Source: Octopus sinensis (lineage: Eukaryota). From it: DNA of 64,000 nt. Made by a program: the position numbers and the translations under genes. The DNA is taken from assembly GCF_006345805.1 (NCBI RefSeq), contig NC_043019.1:25481360-25545359 (forward strand), written 5' to 3'. Within the stretch, counting starts at the first letter, position 1. Each line of letters opens with the position of its first letter. Under the pieces are notes generated by a model. It saw only the letters and a list, made by a program, of their open reading frames with translations. It made no database searches and was not told the origin of the DNA. Below, in pieces: positions 1 through 13,475 of the stretch.

Positions 1-700
1 CTGGCAGAATTGTTAGCATGCTGAGCGAAATGCTTATCCGTCTTTACATTCTCAGTTTAAATTTGGCCGAGGTCAGCTTTGCCTTTCATCCTTTCGGCGT
101 CGATAAATTATGCACTAGCAAAACACTGGGGTCTATGTAATTGATTTACCCAATCCCCTGAAATTTCAGGTCTTGTGCCTACGGCAGAAAGGATTATTAT
201 TATTATTATTTTTATTATTATTATTGTTAACACTTTGTCTTTGTATTGTCCCCTTCATCCTTCACCCTGGTGGCAAAAGAAATCTCCATTATTATTATTA
301 TGAAGGTGGTGAGCTGCTAAAACTGTTAGCAAGCTGGACAAAATGCTTAGTGGTATTTTATCTGTTCTCATATTGTGAGTTCAAATTCCACCAAGCTCTA
401 TTTTACCTTTTATCTTTTCGGGGTCAATAAAATAAGTACCAGTTGAACACTGGGGTTGATGTTCTTCATTAGCCTCCTACCTCCAAAATGTCAGGCCTTG
501 TGCTAGCAATAGAAAAGTTTATTATCACTATTATTTCATCCATCTTTGTGTTCTGAGTTCAAATTCCACTGAGGTTGACTTTGCCTTTCATCCTTTTGGG
601 GGTGATAAATTAAGTACCAGTTGCATACTGGGGTCGATCTAATCGACTGGCCCCCTCCACCAAAATTTTGGGCCTCGTTTCTGGAGTAGAAAAGATTATT
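1..700 (+). mobile_element. Three tandem copies of tRNA-derived SINE family A (first cut by window edge, third 5'-truncated)
   Basis: Recurrent A-box-like (tggcagaa..gttag) and B-box-like (gagttcaaattc) head, central gcctttcatcctttcggggtcgataa..aagtaccag block, and tail ending agaaagg(att)n. Many further copies in the window. Confidence 0.85.
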
Positions 701-1121
701 TCTTCCAATGTAGTCACCAAATTCCTATTAATCTTGCAATCCCTTCTGCTTCTCCCCCTGGCCAAATGTAGAATTATTTAGAGTAGTTAATCAAACACTG
801 TAATTAATCCTTTTGTAGTTTAATCATAATTATAATAATACTGATTTGCATGTCTACTTGTTTGGTGTTGCTTACCGTTGTTGTTGTTGTTTGCATGACA
901 TTACATGTACGTATGTATATATATAGAAATGTTAAAAGAATACCCGATGTATAAATGGATTTGTAAAGAACTTCAAGGAAGTACACACAGAAATAACCTG
1001 CTCCTCGAGACAATTATAATATTCAAATTTAAATATCACCTTATGTAATGTTGCTTCAATAAAATCTAGGTTAGACTTTAAAATTAGGTTTGTTATTATC
1101 AACAATATATGTATGTACCAT

Positions 1122-1645
1122 CCTATAGTATCTACCTTTCTATATTTCCTATAGTGTCTACCTTTCTATATTTCCTATAGTGTCTACCTTTCTATATTTC
1201 CTATAGTGTCTACCTTTCTATATTTCCTATAGTGTCTACCTTTCTATATTTCCCATAGTGTCTACCTTTCTATATTTCCCATAGTGTCTACCTTTCTATA
1301 TTTCCCATAGTGTCTACCTTTCTATATTTCCCATAGTGTCTACCTTTCTATATTTCCCATAGTGTCTACCTTTCTATATTTCCCATAGTGTCTACCTTTC
1401 TATATTTCCTATAGTGTCTACCTTTCTATATTTCCTATAGTGTCTACCTTTCTATATTTCCTATAGTGTCTACCTTTCTATATTTCCTATAGTGTCTACC
1501 TTTCTATATTTCCTATAGTGTCTACCTTTCTATATTTCCTATAGTGTCTACCTTTCTATATTTCCTATAGTATCTCCCTTTTTACATTTCCTAAAGTGTC
1601 TACCTTTCTATCTTTCTATAGTATCTAGCTTTCTATTTTCCCTAC
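1122..1645. repeat. 26-bp minisatellite (cctatagtgtctacctttctatattt), about 20 units
   Basis: Unit starts at 1122, 1148, 1174 and so on with exact 26-bp period. Units 1252-1382 carry a ccc variant and the terminal units are degenerate. Confidence 0.95.
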
Positions 1646-2960
1646 TATCTTTTTCTGTATTAGAAACCAGTAATAATGAAATAGTAGTTAAGAATTTTTG
1701 TGAGTTTATATTTGTTTTGCCATAATTTTCCCCCAATTTTTATTTATCCAGGAAGAGAAGGAGGAGGAGTTGTTCCCATTCCATTTCTCAATATTTCCAG
1801 TTTTTTCTTTCCTGCTTGTATTTACAATTTTCTTTACCAAATTTTCCCATTCTCCTTTCCTATGTTTCTGTGTTCATTCACTTCCTTACAGCTCAAGCTT
1901 TCAACATGTTCTACTTATTGTTTTCTGCATTTTTCCCACCAGTTTTTCATGTCTCCTGTTGAATTTCCTATTCAAAAATATTTATTGTTCAGTTGAGGAT
2001 ATTTACATTGTTACAGAACCAATTGTAAATTGTTCCTAGAAGCAACCCCATTCCTCACCCCCCACTTATTCTGTTGCAACTATAAAACAGTAAAAAGAAA
2101 TAACATAAAAATAAAAAAAAACCCAGTAAAACAAAATAACATAGAAATAAAAAAAAAACTCAAACAAAAATTTTAATAGTTATCTTAAAATACTTTATTA
2201 ACAAGTCTTACAATTTTACATTATCATAAAATTTCCCTTTCATGGTTGACTGAAGCTCCTATAAATAATAATTTTTTCAGAAGCTCCTATAAATAATATC
2301 AAAAAAACACAAAAGCCCAATTCATCTGCTGTTGAAATTATGGAAAAGAGAAAGGGACGAAAGAAAGATGTGTTGTTGTTTCGACTCATGGTAGCCTTGA
2401 CAAAAAGTGACAAAATGGCGCAAACCCTATCCTCTGTACTTAATATCTATACATTTTGGTTATCAGTACTGTCTTTCTTCCCTTGATAATGCTGTAAGGA
2501 TGGCCACAGCTGTAATGTCTTTGAATATAGGTATGCTGGATCAGAGCTGACGACCTGGTGTTAAAAGTAACAGCAAAGTCATTGCTTTGATTGAAACCTT
2601 CGTCCATTGCTAGCTAGGCAACGTTACCAGCTGTTGCAAGCTCAGGGAATATACTTGGCATACAACCAAACATACATAACCTGAACAATCAGCTGACGTC
2701 ATGTACAGTCATGTGTGACTCAACTGTAGAGTAATACTGTTTACGTTTTATTGAAATTTAACAGTGTGTGCAATTGCATGTGCCAGTGTGCAGCTTTGTG
2801 TGTGTACATATTATGTATACACACATGCTGTTATATGACCTTGAAAGGATGGAAGGCTGTGAATATAAGCTATAGGTATGTTTGAATGAGTGTGTGTGTA
2901 TATATATATATATATATTATAATAAGGGTTAGGCAAAAGAATTTGCTTCACCACACACAC

Positions 2961-3033
<73 letters not shown>

Positions 3034-3284
3034 GTAAAGGAGTTTGTATGATTGTGTATAGAAGAATATATTATTCAAAGGCATTCCAACTCTGTCTGTT
3101 TTTTATGGTTTATTTATATTCTTACAATATTAATGTAGGATATAGAATATATAGTATATATAGTAAAATGAAATGAAGTATTGATTGTCTTATTGAATAG
3201 ATGAAATATTGAATATCAAATATTAAGGGACTAGTATACTTTCTTGCATTTAAGCAGTCTTCAAGGTCCCAGGTTGTGACAGGA

Positions 3285-3315
<31 letters not shown>

Positions 3316-3489
3316 ACACACACACACACACACACAGAGTATAATTTATATATTGAGTAAGCTATATATCCAGATGTTCTACTTTCCCTATGAGTAGAAC
3401 TACTGCTCCTCCTCTCTTTCCTTCTCTGCTTAATTGTCCACAAGATTGGTGAATGGTGCTGAGTTTCTGTCTGCTTCCATCCTCCACAG

Positions 3490-3605
3490 CTCAACCAAAC
3501 ATCTCCATTGAACACTCACCTGCTAGCACAGCATCAAACAGAAGCCCAGATTCCAAATCAAACAGATACTCATTGAAAAGTAATTTATCATCAAATCCAT
3601 CGGAG
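3490..3605 (+). CDS. PPP1R9A: Neurabin/spinophilin-family gene, internal coding exon (Ser-rich linker before SAM domain)
   Basis: Acceptor ctccacag|ct and donor gag|gtaagt. Reads AQPNISIEHSPASTASNRSPDSKSNRYSLKSNLSSNPSE and ends in phase 0, matching the next exon. Confidence 0.75.
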
Positions 3606-3787
3606 GTAAGTGCAATGAAAGAACTCGCCCTCAGCAAACCAAAACATAAAGCCCAATCCTTCCTTTTTGCCTTTGCTCCCACTGTCACCTTCTGTTTTTA
3701 CTGTCATCATTGTCTAAGTGTCATTCTCTAACCACACAATCTAACCCTTTCCATTGACCCTTTCCATTTATATGTATATAAAATGTG

Positions 3788-4115
3788 AAGGCACATGGCT
3801 CAATGGTTGGGCTCACAATCATGAGGTAGAGAGTTCAATTCCCAGACCAAGCAGTGTATTGTGTTCTTGAGCAAGACACTTTATTTCACATTGCTCCAAT
3901 TCACTCAGCTTTAGAAATGATGTTGTGATCTCACTGGTGCCAAGCTGTATCGGGCCCCTTTACCTTTCACGTGGGTGACTGGTATGCATAGGAGACTGCT
4001 GGTCTTCCATAAACGACCTTGCCTAGACTTGTACCTCAGAGGGGAAATCAAGGTTCAATCCCATGGTCATTCATGGTCAAAGTGGGGTCTTTACCCTTAT
4101 TTTATATAAAACATA
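3788..4115 (+). mobile_element. tRNA-headed CORE-like SINE (family E)
   Basis: Head ggcacatggctcaatggtt..gagttcaattcc followed by gtgttcttgagcaagacact CORE-like block. A related reverse copy lies near 31540-31720. Confidence 0.6.
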
Positions 4116-4357
4116 AAGGAATTGGAATGCAGGCAGGTACCTTATTATCACTTTGATATAACCCAGATCTGGCTAATCACATTGAATGATAGGGCTTACA
4201 TAATTAAGACTTCAGGACTTTGTAACTGTATAACAGGACTGGATTGAGGCCCTTGTGGTACAACCCTTTGTATTACAAGGGTAGAATGCAGAATCATGGG
4301 TTGACCATTTTTCTCTAAGTCAGAGGATTAGACAAAAAATTTTATTGAGATTTACAC

Positions 4358-4615
4358 AAGTGGTTCGCAACCATTTTTCATCTGTGGACCCCTTTAATCC
4401 CTATTTTATATACCACTGGAATTCCTTGGCCATTCTCTGTATATAAATAATTTTGTACTGTATTTCTATGATTAAATGTTGTTAAGAATTCTATAAAAAA
4501 ACAAAAGAAAATTGTGTATTGCAGACATATAACCAACTTATTATGCATAAATTTTCATAGAAAAACCTTAGATGGAGCCCATAAGAACCATATGGACCCT
4601 AGTTAAGAAGCACTG
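4358..4615. mobile_element. Degenerate hAT (Charlie-like) MITE
   Basis: Ends agtggttcgcaacc and agttaagaagcactg. Right flank gtctagac fits the Charlie NTCTAGAN target. The left TSD is diverged. Confidence 0.5.
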
Positions 4616-4770
4616 GTCTAGACAGATGAATGTATGATGGGTACCCCTACTCTCTGTCCCTAACTTGGGTTAATGACAGACCATAATTAGACAGACCAAA
4701 ATTAGTGACAGACTATATATTTTTTGTGTTGTTTGTTAATTAAGCATGTTATATGTGTTTACCTTTGCAG

Positions 4771-4947
4771 GATTCCACCTTAAATAAACGAAGTAACCAA
4801 ACCAATGTCGGTTCAATCACTGACTGGAGCCACGATCATGTTTGTCATTGGTTGCAGACTCTTGAAATGTCTCAATATATCCCGAGCTTCCACGAGAAAC
4901 AGATCTCTGGCAAAGACCTACTACTTCTGGACGGATCTAAACTTAAG
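4771..4947 (+). CDS. PPP1R9A: Neurabin/spinophilin-family gene, SAM-domain exon
   Basis: Acceptor tttgcag|gat, donor aag|gtagaa, 177 nt in phase 0-0. DWSHDHVCHWLQTLEMSQYIPSFHEKQISGKDLLLLDGSKLK matches the neurabin-1 SAM pattern (EWSxxQVxHWL..YxxxF...ItGxxLLxLDGxKLK). Confidence 0.9.
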
Positions 4948-4980
4948 GTAGAAATGATTGTTATTATTATTATTAGTAAA

Positions 4981-5177
4981 AGGCGGCGAGCTGGCAGAAA
5001 CGTTAGCACGCTGGGCGAAATGCGTAGCCGTTTTTCGTCTGCCGTTACGTTCTGAGTTCAAATTACGCCGAGGTTCACTTTGCCTTTCATCCTTTTGAGG
5101 TCGATAAATTAAGTACCAGTTACGTACTGGGGTCGATATCTGTCCTTGTTTGGCCCCTTGTGGGTAGTAAAGAAATA
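4981..5177 (+). mobile_element. SINE family A, variant with alternative 3' tail (tgtccttgttt..gccccttgtgggtagtaaagaaata)
   Basis: Family A head and central block, then the same tail seen in reverse at 30377-30434. (ATT)n on both sides. Confidence 0.85.
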
Positions 5178-5264
5178 ATTATTATTATTAGTATTATTAT
5201 TATTATCAAGATGGTGAGCTGGCAGAATTGTTAAACAAAGACGATGATGATGATTTTATTGCAT

Positions 5265-5660
5265 TTGTTTCAGTCATTTTACTGTGGCCATGCTGGAGCA
5301 CCACATGTAGTCAAGCAAATCGACCCCAGGACTTATTCTTTGTAAGCCTAGTACTTACTCTATTGGTTTCTCTTGCCGAACCGCTAAGTGACGGGAACTT
5401 AAACACACCAGCATTGGTTGTCAAGTGATGTTGGGGGGGGGGGGACAAACACAGACACACAAACAACATATACATACACACACATATATATATATATGCG
5501 ACGGGCTTCTTTCAGTTTCTGTCTACCAAATCCACTCACAAGGCTTTGGTTGGCCCAAGGCTATAGTAAAAGACACTTGCCCAAGGTGCCACGCAGTGGG
5601 ACTGAACCCAGAACCATGAGATTGGTAAACAATCTACTTACCGCACAACCGCTCCTGTGC
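5265..5660 (-). mobile_element. tRNA-derived CORE-like SINE family B
   Basis: Reverse complement of the ggagtggctgtgtggtaag..ggttcagtcccactgcgtggcaccttgggcaagtgtctt..ggatttggtagacggaaactgaaagaagcc element seen about 10 times in the window. Confidence 0.85.
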
Positions 5661-5800
5661 CTGATGATTACTTATGTCTAATGAGTTCTCATTACCCACA
5701 AGAATTTCATTTGTTACCCAATTGGAGTAGTTTACTCTGGTTTCACTATGATTTGTTTTTAAATTACACTCAACTCTTGTCTTCTTCTTGTTATCCGCAG

Positions 5801-5950
5801 ACCCTTGGAGTGAGCAGCAGCAGTGACCGGAATGTGTTGAAGAAGAAAATCAAAGAGATGAAGACGGCTGCCGATAAAGAACGCAAACAAATGGAGAAGG
5901 AGCGAAAAGCCAAAGAAAAAGAACAGAAAAGGTTACTCAAGAAGAAATAA
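5801..5950 (+). CDS. PPP1R9A: Neurabin/spinophilin-family gene, terminal coding exon (end of SAM plus basic coiled-coil tail)
   Basis: Acceptor cttcttcttgttatccgcag|acc. TLGVSSSSDRNVLKKKIKEMKTAADKERKQMEKERKAKEKEQKRLLKKK* parallels neurabin-1 ALGMTxSQDRAVVKKKLKEMK..KEQ. TAA at 5948-5950. Confidence 0.9.
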   Translation, partial: TLGVSSSSDRNVLKKKIKEMKTAADKERKQMEKERKAKEKEQKRLLKKK

Positions 5951-6068
5951 TCCAAATGGAGAAATTTAAAAAGAAAAAAATTTAAAAGGGTAGGAATTGG
6001 GTGGTTTATATATATATATATATATATACACACATGCATACATAGATACACATGTATATGTGTATATA

Positions 6069-6105
<37 letters not shown>

Positions 6106-6591
6106 ACACACACACAACACATACTTGTATGTAAGATGGTGTGAAGACTTTACATTTACTGTTTTGAGGTACTGAAATGAAACCCAAACTAAACCGATTC
6201 CAAGACAGCTGCTTGCAGTATGGCAATTTACCCTGAGGTAGATTTGGTAATTCATAATCAAGGAATTATTATTATGACTGTGAAATTGTCTATTGTTGTT
6301 GTTATTATTATTATGATTATTATATTTCGTTTTATTATTGTTTATCATTATTATTATTATTATAATTATTATTATTAATTTTTTTTGTTAAAAACCCTGT
6401 TCTCATCTGTCTTTTAGCCAGTGATCCATTATCTGTTGTATGTATGTATGTGTGTATTTATATACTTATATAACATCTACATACATACATACACATAATT
6501 ATAAGTCGGCGCCATGTCTTGACCGCCTGTTTTTGTATTGTTTTATGGTGCTGGAGTTGTATAAAATAGATTTATGATAAAAACCTACATG

Positions 6592-6634
<43 letters not shown>

Positions 6635-6749
6635 GTATGTGTGAGTGTATGTATGTATATGATTTAATATTTCCAGTTGTCATTAAAGAAAATTGTTTAG
6701 AAAATACACACATGTACGTTGTATTCCAAATATGGCTGTACTCTGGTTA

Positions 6750-6783
<34 letters not shown>

Positions 6784-6917
6784 TTTTTTTACCAATGTCT
6801 GACAAAAGTTGAAACTAGAATACTGCCATTTTGTCTGTACAGCTGTTCCCCATATACATACCTATATACACATACATACATATATATATATATATATATT
6901 TACACACACACATACAG

Positions 6918-6952
<35 letters not shown>

Positions 6953-8009
6953 ATATATATATTTTATAGAATAAAATATATAGAAGGAAAACATTCAGAA
7001 AGACGTAACAGAAAAAAAATAAAACAAAAACGTCAGCAGCAAATGTTTGGTTAATGAAGTCATTAACGACCCAACGTTCAGTTGACCATTTTCACAATAT
7101 AAATTTACCATCATGGCTTCCATCTGTGATTTGAGCATCGGACATTGGTACAAAAGAAAAAAGAAGAAGAAGAAGTGAAACGTGAAATTAACAACAACAA
7201 CAACAACAACAGGATCAACAACAAATGAAAGTGTATGAATAGACAAAAGAACGCTAAAGAAACTACTAAAATGAAGAAAAATTTAAATAAACAGGGTTAT
7301 GAACAGTTTTCAGTTTAAAATCATTTGTAATTCTCCTTTTGTCCTTTACCCTGATGTGGCAGGGTCAGCTGACTAAATGATGCTAATTAGACCTAATTGG
7401 TGGAACCATGTTTTTAGTTGTCCCCACTTACCTGCAACCAGATATGTAAATTTGAGAAACTAATTTCTAATTTTTCAAAAACCCTTTTCTCCCCGCTTCC
7501 TTTGACAGTTGCTCACAATTGATGCTGCTCAAAGTATTTTTTTTTTCTATCTCCCACTAAAAGAGAAATTTTGAATTCAGAATTTTTTTTCAGCTAGACA
7601 CCCAAAACATCCCCCTTTAACTTATTTAACTACATTAATGCAATTATCTCCCTTGGCTGATTGTATTATTTATTTTACTTATAGAAAGATAGGTTGACTT
7701 TTGTGTTGTACATGTTGAGGAAGATCAGTTTTTATTTGATGTCCATTTCTTATGTATATCCACCCACACAATCTCTCTCTCTCTAATCTTCAGTCCTTCT
7801 TATATACTTGTTTTACATTATCTCTGAAAGTCAGCGAATAGTTAGAATGTCCCCACTCTCTTTTCATCCTGTAACCATCCCTCCTTCTTTAATTCAACCA
7901 CTGCATCTCAAACCAGTCTCTTTCATTGTCCTCCTCTTCTCCTATCTCTTTTTATAGTAACAACCCGACCCAAATGCAAGACTTCAACAAGAGGTGACAG
8001 AAGACAGTC

Positions 8010-8042
<33 letters not shown>

Positions 8043-10870
8043 TACACACAAACTTTTAGGAAGGGTCCAACTGAAAATTTAACATAAAAGTTCCATAAAT
8101 GAAGAGAATGGGACCAATTTGCAAAGCTGTTTTTTACTTGTGTATATATATATGTGTATGTGTGAGAGAGAGATAGAGGAAAAGAGAGAGAGAACAGGTG
8201 TGTGTATATATGTATGTGATGAAAGGAGAGAGGATGACTATTGATGTGAGTCTGTGAACATTTGTGGCTGTGTATATATGTGTGTTTATAGAGACAGGTA
8301 GGTAAGCATTAGTTAATGACCAAGTGCAATAGAAAGAGAAACCTCATCAAATTTATGACAACATGAAGTTCAGAATACCAATGATGCTGCTTCTCTCAGA
8401 ATATAGCGTTGGTTTGCTAACCTATATTCAATTAATAGAAAAGAATTGAAAGTATTGAATGAAAAACACTAAAAAAAACCCCAAAGAACCTAGTAATAAA
8501 TGACGAAATAATTTCAATAAAAAAGTAGAAAAAGTAAGATTTACACTTTCATATTTTCTTCCACCATCTTGCCTTGTTGAATAAATGTAACCTATGATCA
8601 AAGGGTTCCAGACGTGACCATCACCACCTGCACATGGGATAGCCGATCCTTCTTATAGTATGTGCCCTTCCATTTTTCAAGATGGTAGGATGTGATTTAA
8701 GGGAAACTTGACTACTATTTCTAGTAGGTGAAGCAAACCTGAAGGCATTCTCCTTGTTGGCTCATTTTGCTATGTTATTACTCTGAGTAATTTTGTGAAT
8801 AGACCAACCAGTTAAGGAGTAAAACATACTCATTATTACTGGGAGTATTGCAGCCAGTTAAGGAGTAAAATGGGAGTATGAACTACAGGCATTGTAAATC
8901 AGTTTATCTTTTGTTCTGCACTGACTGCCAGTGGGAGCATCAGAAATGCCAGTGTATCACACTGAATGTTTCTCCTTACATTCTGAGACTGAAATCCTGC
9001 CATGGCCAACACTGCCTTTTGTCTCTTCAATTGATCAATAAAAAAAAGAAGAGAATTACAATAACTTTCAGATACTTAGTGATGGTATTTTAATTAATTA
9101 AACAACTGCCTCCGCCCCTGCAAATCTATACATTTTGTAGGGGCATAATGTTATCAAACCTTTATTGATTTCATATCAAAAGTTTTATCATCATGTCTCC
9201 AACCTTATGTACATACACACATGCAAGCACACAGGTGCAAAACAAGGTGGAGAAAATAATACTTTGAATACCAAAGGTAGAGTGGAATAGTATTTGACTG
9301 AAGCTGAAAAGATTCCACAGACTGTTAACCAGGGTTTCACAAAACTGCTCTTCAGACAGTCATGAGTATTGAAAAACAACACAATAGTTTTATAAGTACC
9401 CACGATGGCCAACTCATTGAATAAGCATTTAGTGTTTCAAGTGATTTCTACTAAAAAACCTATGCTGACCAAAGTTTCAAAATAACAGGAATCTGTTGAA
9501 TAAAAAAGCAATTGACTGTAATGGAAAAATGTGTATATCTTCTAAAACATAACACAAATCTGATGTTAATTGTACACCCAGTTTTAGCGGCTATTAGCTT
9601 CAATCTAGAATTCTTCTCAAAGGTAGTTTAATAAATACATTAGCATTTTGTTTCCTGTCACTTTATGATAAAATCTTAATCTTAATTTTTGTGTTGTTTT
9701 TTAGGACACTTTCAAAAAATACGAAATATTTTTTTTATATATGCATCAGACCGGGATGACCGTGGCAAATATTATTATTGTTAGAAATCTACTTTTCAGC
9801 CTCCGTTCCTCATTCTGGGTTCTCATAGTACCAAAAAAGGGATGTTCTAAAACTTAGGTCCTGTGTGTGTGTGTAAGCTGTGTGGTTAAGGTGTTTACTT
9901 CTCAGCCATGTTGTTTCAGGTTTAGTCCTGCTGTGTAACCCTTTGAGCAAGTCTCATCTAGTGTGGCCCCACAGTGACCAAAGTTTTGTGAGTGGATTTG
10001 GGAGACGAAAACTATAAAAGATGTCTGTTGTGTGTGTGTGTATGTGTGTTTACAGCTGCTGTTTGCTTCTAGCAAAAATCCTGATGTTTGTGAAGTGTTC
10101 CATTGAAATTTTCTCCTGCTTGTTTTATACCTTTGAAGTTCTGTTGTATAAAAGAACCCTTATTTAAAAAAAAAAAAGAAAGAAAAACTGGTAAGGGTTA
10201 GCAATGGGAGGGCATTCAACTATAAAAAGATGCCTTGGTAATATATTCATCTAACCTATGTTAACATGAAAAAAGAAACATGTAAAAACAAACGCACAAA
10301 TGAATGTGTGTGTATTGTAGACTGTAAAAGGGAGTTTTTAAGGGTCAGTGCTCAGCTTTAGTGTCTTGATATTCAATAGATCCCTACAAATAATGTGTGG
10401 AAACAGGGTCCCCTGAAATCCTATTCCTACCCCCTCTATACCCCTCTGTGTGTGAGTGATTTTTATCAAGTAAATCTCATTGGTTTAATATAAACCATGG
10501 CTGATGGCACCTTGGTAATAAGGATGATAATAATATAGCAGTAGTTTCAATTTTTGGCACAAGGCCAGCAATTGTGGTGGGAAGGTGTTGATCAATTGCA
10601 TTGATCCCAGCACTTAAATGGGACTTAATTTTCTTGACTCTGAAAGGAAGAAAGGCGAAGTTCAACTTTAGAGGTTTTGAATTCAGGATGTAAAGAATGA
10701 AAGGAAATCCTGCTAGTCATTTTACTGACTGTTCTAATGGTTCTGCTAACTCAACAACAAAAATAAATAAAACAAATAGAAGAATGTTTCTCGATGTTAT
10801 TTTGAAACAAATGTCGAGAGAATGAAGTTGGATGACTCACTTTTCTCTGTTATGAGACCTTGTTAGTGAA

Positions 10871-11069
10871 TCATCTGAGAAGCAGGGGATAATGTGTGGA
10901 AGGGACTGTCAAAATTATAGAACTGAAATTGGATATGTGTATATTGGAATATTCGAGTTCCTCTTTCTCAATTTCGTAACTTTGTCCCATTTTAGAAGTG
11001 ACTACAGTTGCTGATAAAACACTAATTCTACCAAATTCTTCCACAAGATAAAAAAATAATCTTGTGAGC
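10871..11069 (-). CDS. Candidate terminal exon of an unidentified minus-strand gene
   Basis: Acceptor aatgttttcag|g. Open frame LTRLFFYLVEEFGRISVLSATVVTSKMGQSYEIEKEELEYS...* in non-repetitive sequence, phase-compatible with candidate exon 13313-13475. No homology recognised. Confidence 0.25.
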
Positions 11070-11715
11070 CTGAAAACATTGAGGTCATGTTTTTTGTTTA
11101 TCATCCTGGAGATCAATACACTTTGGACTGATTAATTATAGGTAGAGCACACCTTATTGGTAGCTAAATTTACCTCTCCAGGCTGACAAGCAGTAAAAGC
11201 AAGCATGCTGAGTTCAAAACTTACTGAGGTCTTCTTTGTTATCATTCTAATACTGGTAGTAAATATGATTAGCACAGATTAAATACAGAAAGAGGGCAGA
11301 AATCTATTGTTCCTTCACCAAAGTGCATGATTTGGGACCAAAGTCAGAGATTTGTATTATTGGTAATGGTGCGGGCTTTTCTTACTTATTTGTTTATCTA
11401 TTTTATGTTTATTTTCCTTTTTGCTTTTTTTTTTTTAATTAACAGATTCCTTACAAGATTTACTTCTGTTAGAGATTTAGAAACAGATGGAAAAATCAAA
11501 ACAAAGCAAAAAAAAAAAAAATTTGAAAAAAAAAAAAACAACCCTTCCATCCATAAAGTTTTCTCTTATTTCAAAAACTTTGTTTTTGTTTTCGCCAAGA
11601 GAAACTTCATAAGGAACTGATGAAATATCTGAAAGAAAAGACTGTAGGTTATATATATATATATATTTATATATAATGTGTGTGTGTGTGTGTGTATGTA
11701 TATATATATGCATAC

Positions 11716-11763
<48 letters not shown>

Positions 11764-11926
11764 CACACTCACTCACACTTTCTTAATGTTATCTCAGTGT
11801 TCATTAATTGAAGGTGGGTTAATTATCATTCATTAGTTGGTAAACTAAGAAATGGTGAAGCTGACAGTTGTAATGTAGGTTGACTGTTAATCCAATTTTT
11901 GAAGAAACAAATGTGAGTGTGTGTTT

Positions 11927-11957
<31 letters not shown>

Positions 11958-13312
11958 TTGCTAGTGTGAATTAAGGTTCCTTTATATAAGAAATTTTCCT
12001 CCTATTTTTATTGTTTCCGTTTAAATTAATTCTCCTTATTCTCTTATGAACTTCGGCTGCCACATTTTCTTTAGACACACACACACCCACGTTAAAATGC
12101 ATGCATGTGTGTGTGTGTGATGGAAATAGAGCAGCCAAAGATTAGAGATGCATACTGATTGATTTTTTGAAAAAGAAACATAAAAAAAAACCCTGAGGTT
12201 TATAGGTGAGATGGCCGTAAAGAACCTTTGTAGACAAAATCCTAGCATCATGTAACTACAGTCTTGGTTAGGGGTGGTCATATTGGATTAAACGTAGCAA
12301 ACTTGGACAAAGAGTTGGGGAATTAAAACAGTGTGAGTTCATTTGTGAGAGTGGATGCAGTGTGATACAGTAACTCTGTAGTTAAACTAACAGAACTTGT
12401 CCACAGCTAAGGACATATGTCCTGTCAGACCCTGTCCTGTCAATCACTGTCCTGTAATCTTTGTAGGGACCAGTGTCAGGGCAATAGGTTTTGTGGGTCT
12501 TGGATAACAATAGAAATCATAATTTTTATAGTGATAGCATCTGTCTAATTTCTGTAATCCAGCTCAATAGATGTAGTAGGAAATCCTGGGTTCAATTCCA
12601 CTGGTTGTCAGTTTTGCCAAATGTCTTTTTACAGGTGAATCTATGCCTTGTGGGTAAATCTGCACAGATGGAAACTGTGAAAAGCCCATCAGATAGATGA
12701 AAGCTGGAATTCAAAGGGTAGATCTCTGTTACATTGAGTGACATTAGTTCTACTTATAAATTCTCTTAAGGTATACTCAACCACTTACTTGGTGTTTCAA
12801 TGAGCCAATAGTTCTGTTAATCAACTAACTAAAAGCTCTTGGGTAGTAAGTCTAACCAAATTCACTTCAAACTGGCCCAAATTTTCTGTCTTATGTTAAA
12901 ACCTCTCACACATTCCCTAGAATGTCACTCTAAAAATAAACAATCACATCTAAAATTTCAAAGCTATGAGATGATGCAGGATTAATTCAAAATAATGCGG
13001 ATAGATTAGTATTAAACTGGACAGAATAATCTGAATACTATAGGGTTAATCCCTGACGGGTTTTAAGTTGGTTTCCCTTTGCAGTACAGAACCAAACGCA
13101 TCAGCAGTAACACTGTACTTAACTCCTGCCTCACTTTCTGACTCTTGCAGTTTACATTGGAGAGGTGGACTCCCCACTTGACATAATAACCATTTCTGTT
13201 CGGCTGACTCTCAGAGGCTACCGTACAGTTCACTAACAAATCTTCCTGGATCTTTTTGCTGGTCGCTCGTGACATTTTAATATCACTTATTGTGCACTCT
13301 TATTAATTTTAC

Positions 13313-13475
13313 CTAATGAAACCAGAGGACAAAATAGCCAATACATTTTCTCCGGGTTCTTCAGTGCTATTTGCTGCTCTCTCTCTCTCTCTCTCTTTCT
13401 TTCTCTCTCCTCCACCTGTCATGATATTCTGCTGGGTCAAGGGTGACAAGGTATCCATGTCTATTTCGTCTCCCT
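13313..13475 (-). CDS. Candidate exon of an unidentified minus-strand gene
   Basis: ttaaag|ag acceptor and attag|gtaaaa donor. Frame EGDEIDMDTLSPLTQQNIMTGGGERKKERERERAANSTEEPGENVLAILSSGFI stays open across an (AG)n tract. Confidence 0.3.

Noticed and set aside
1122-1645. CRISPR-like arrays (also the 62-bp and 52-bp repeats)
   Set aside because: Units are contiguous with no unique spacers, there are no cas genes, and the context is eukaryotic.
9320-9365. Minus-strand CUGAAGA..GAAA candidate
   Set aside because: Only a marginal 3-bp stem II, and stem I mismatches next to the core. Consistent with chance.
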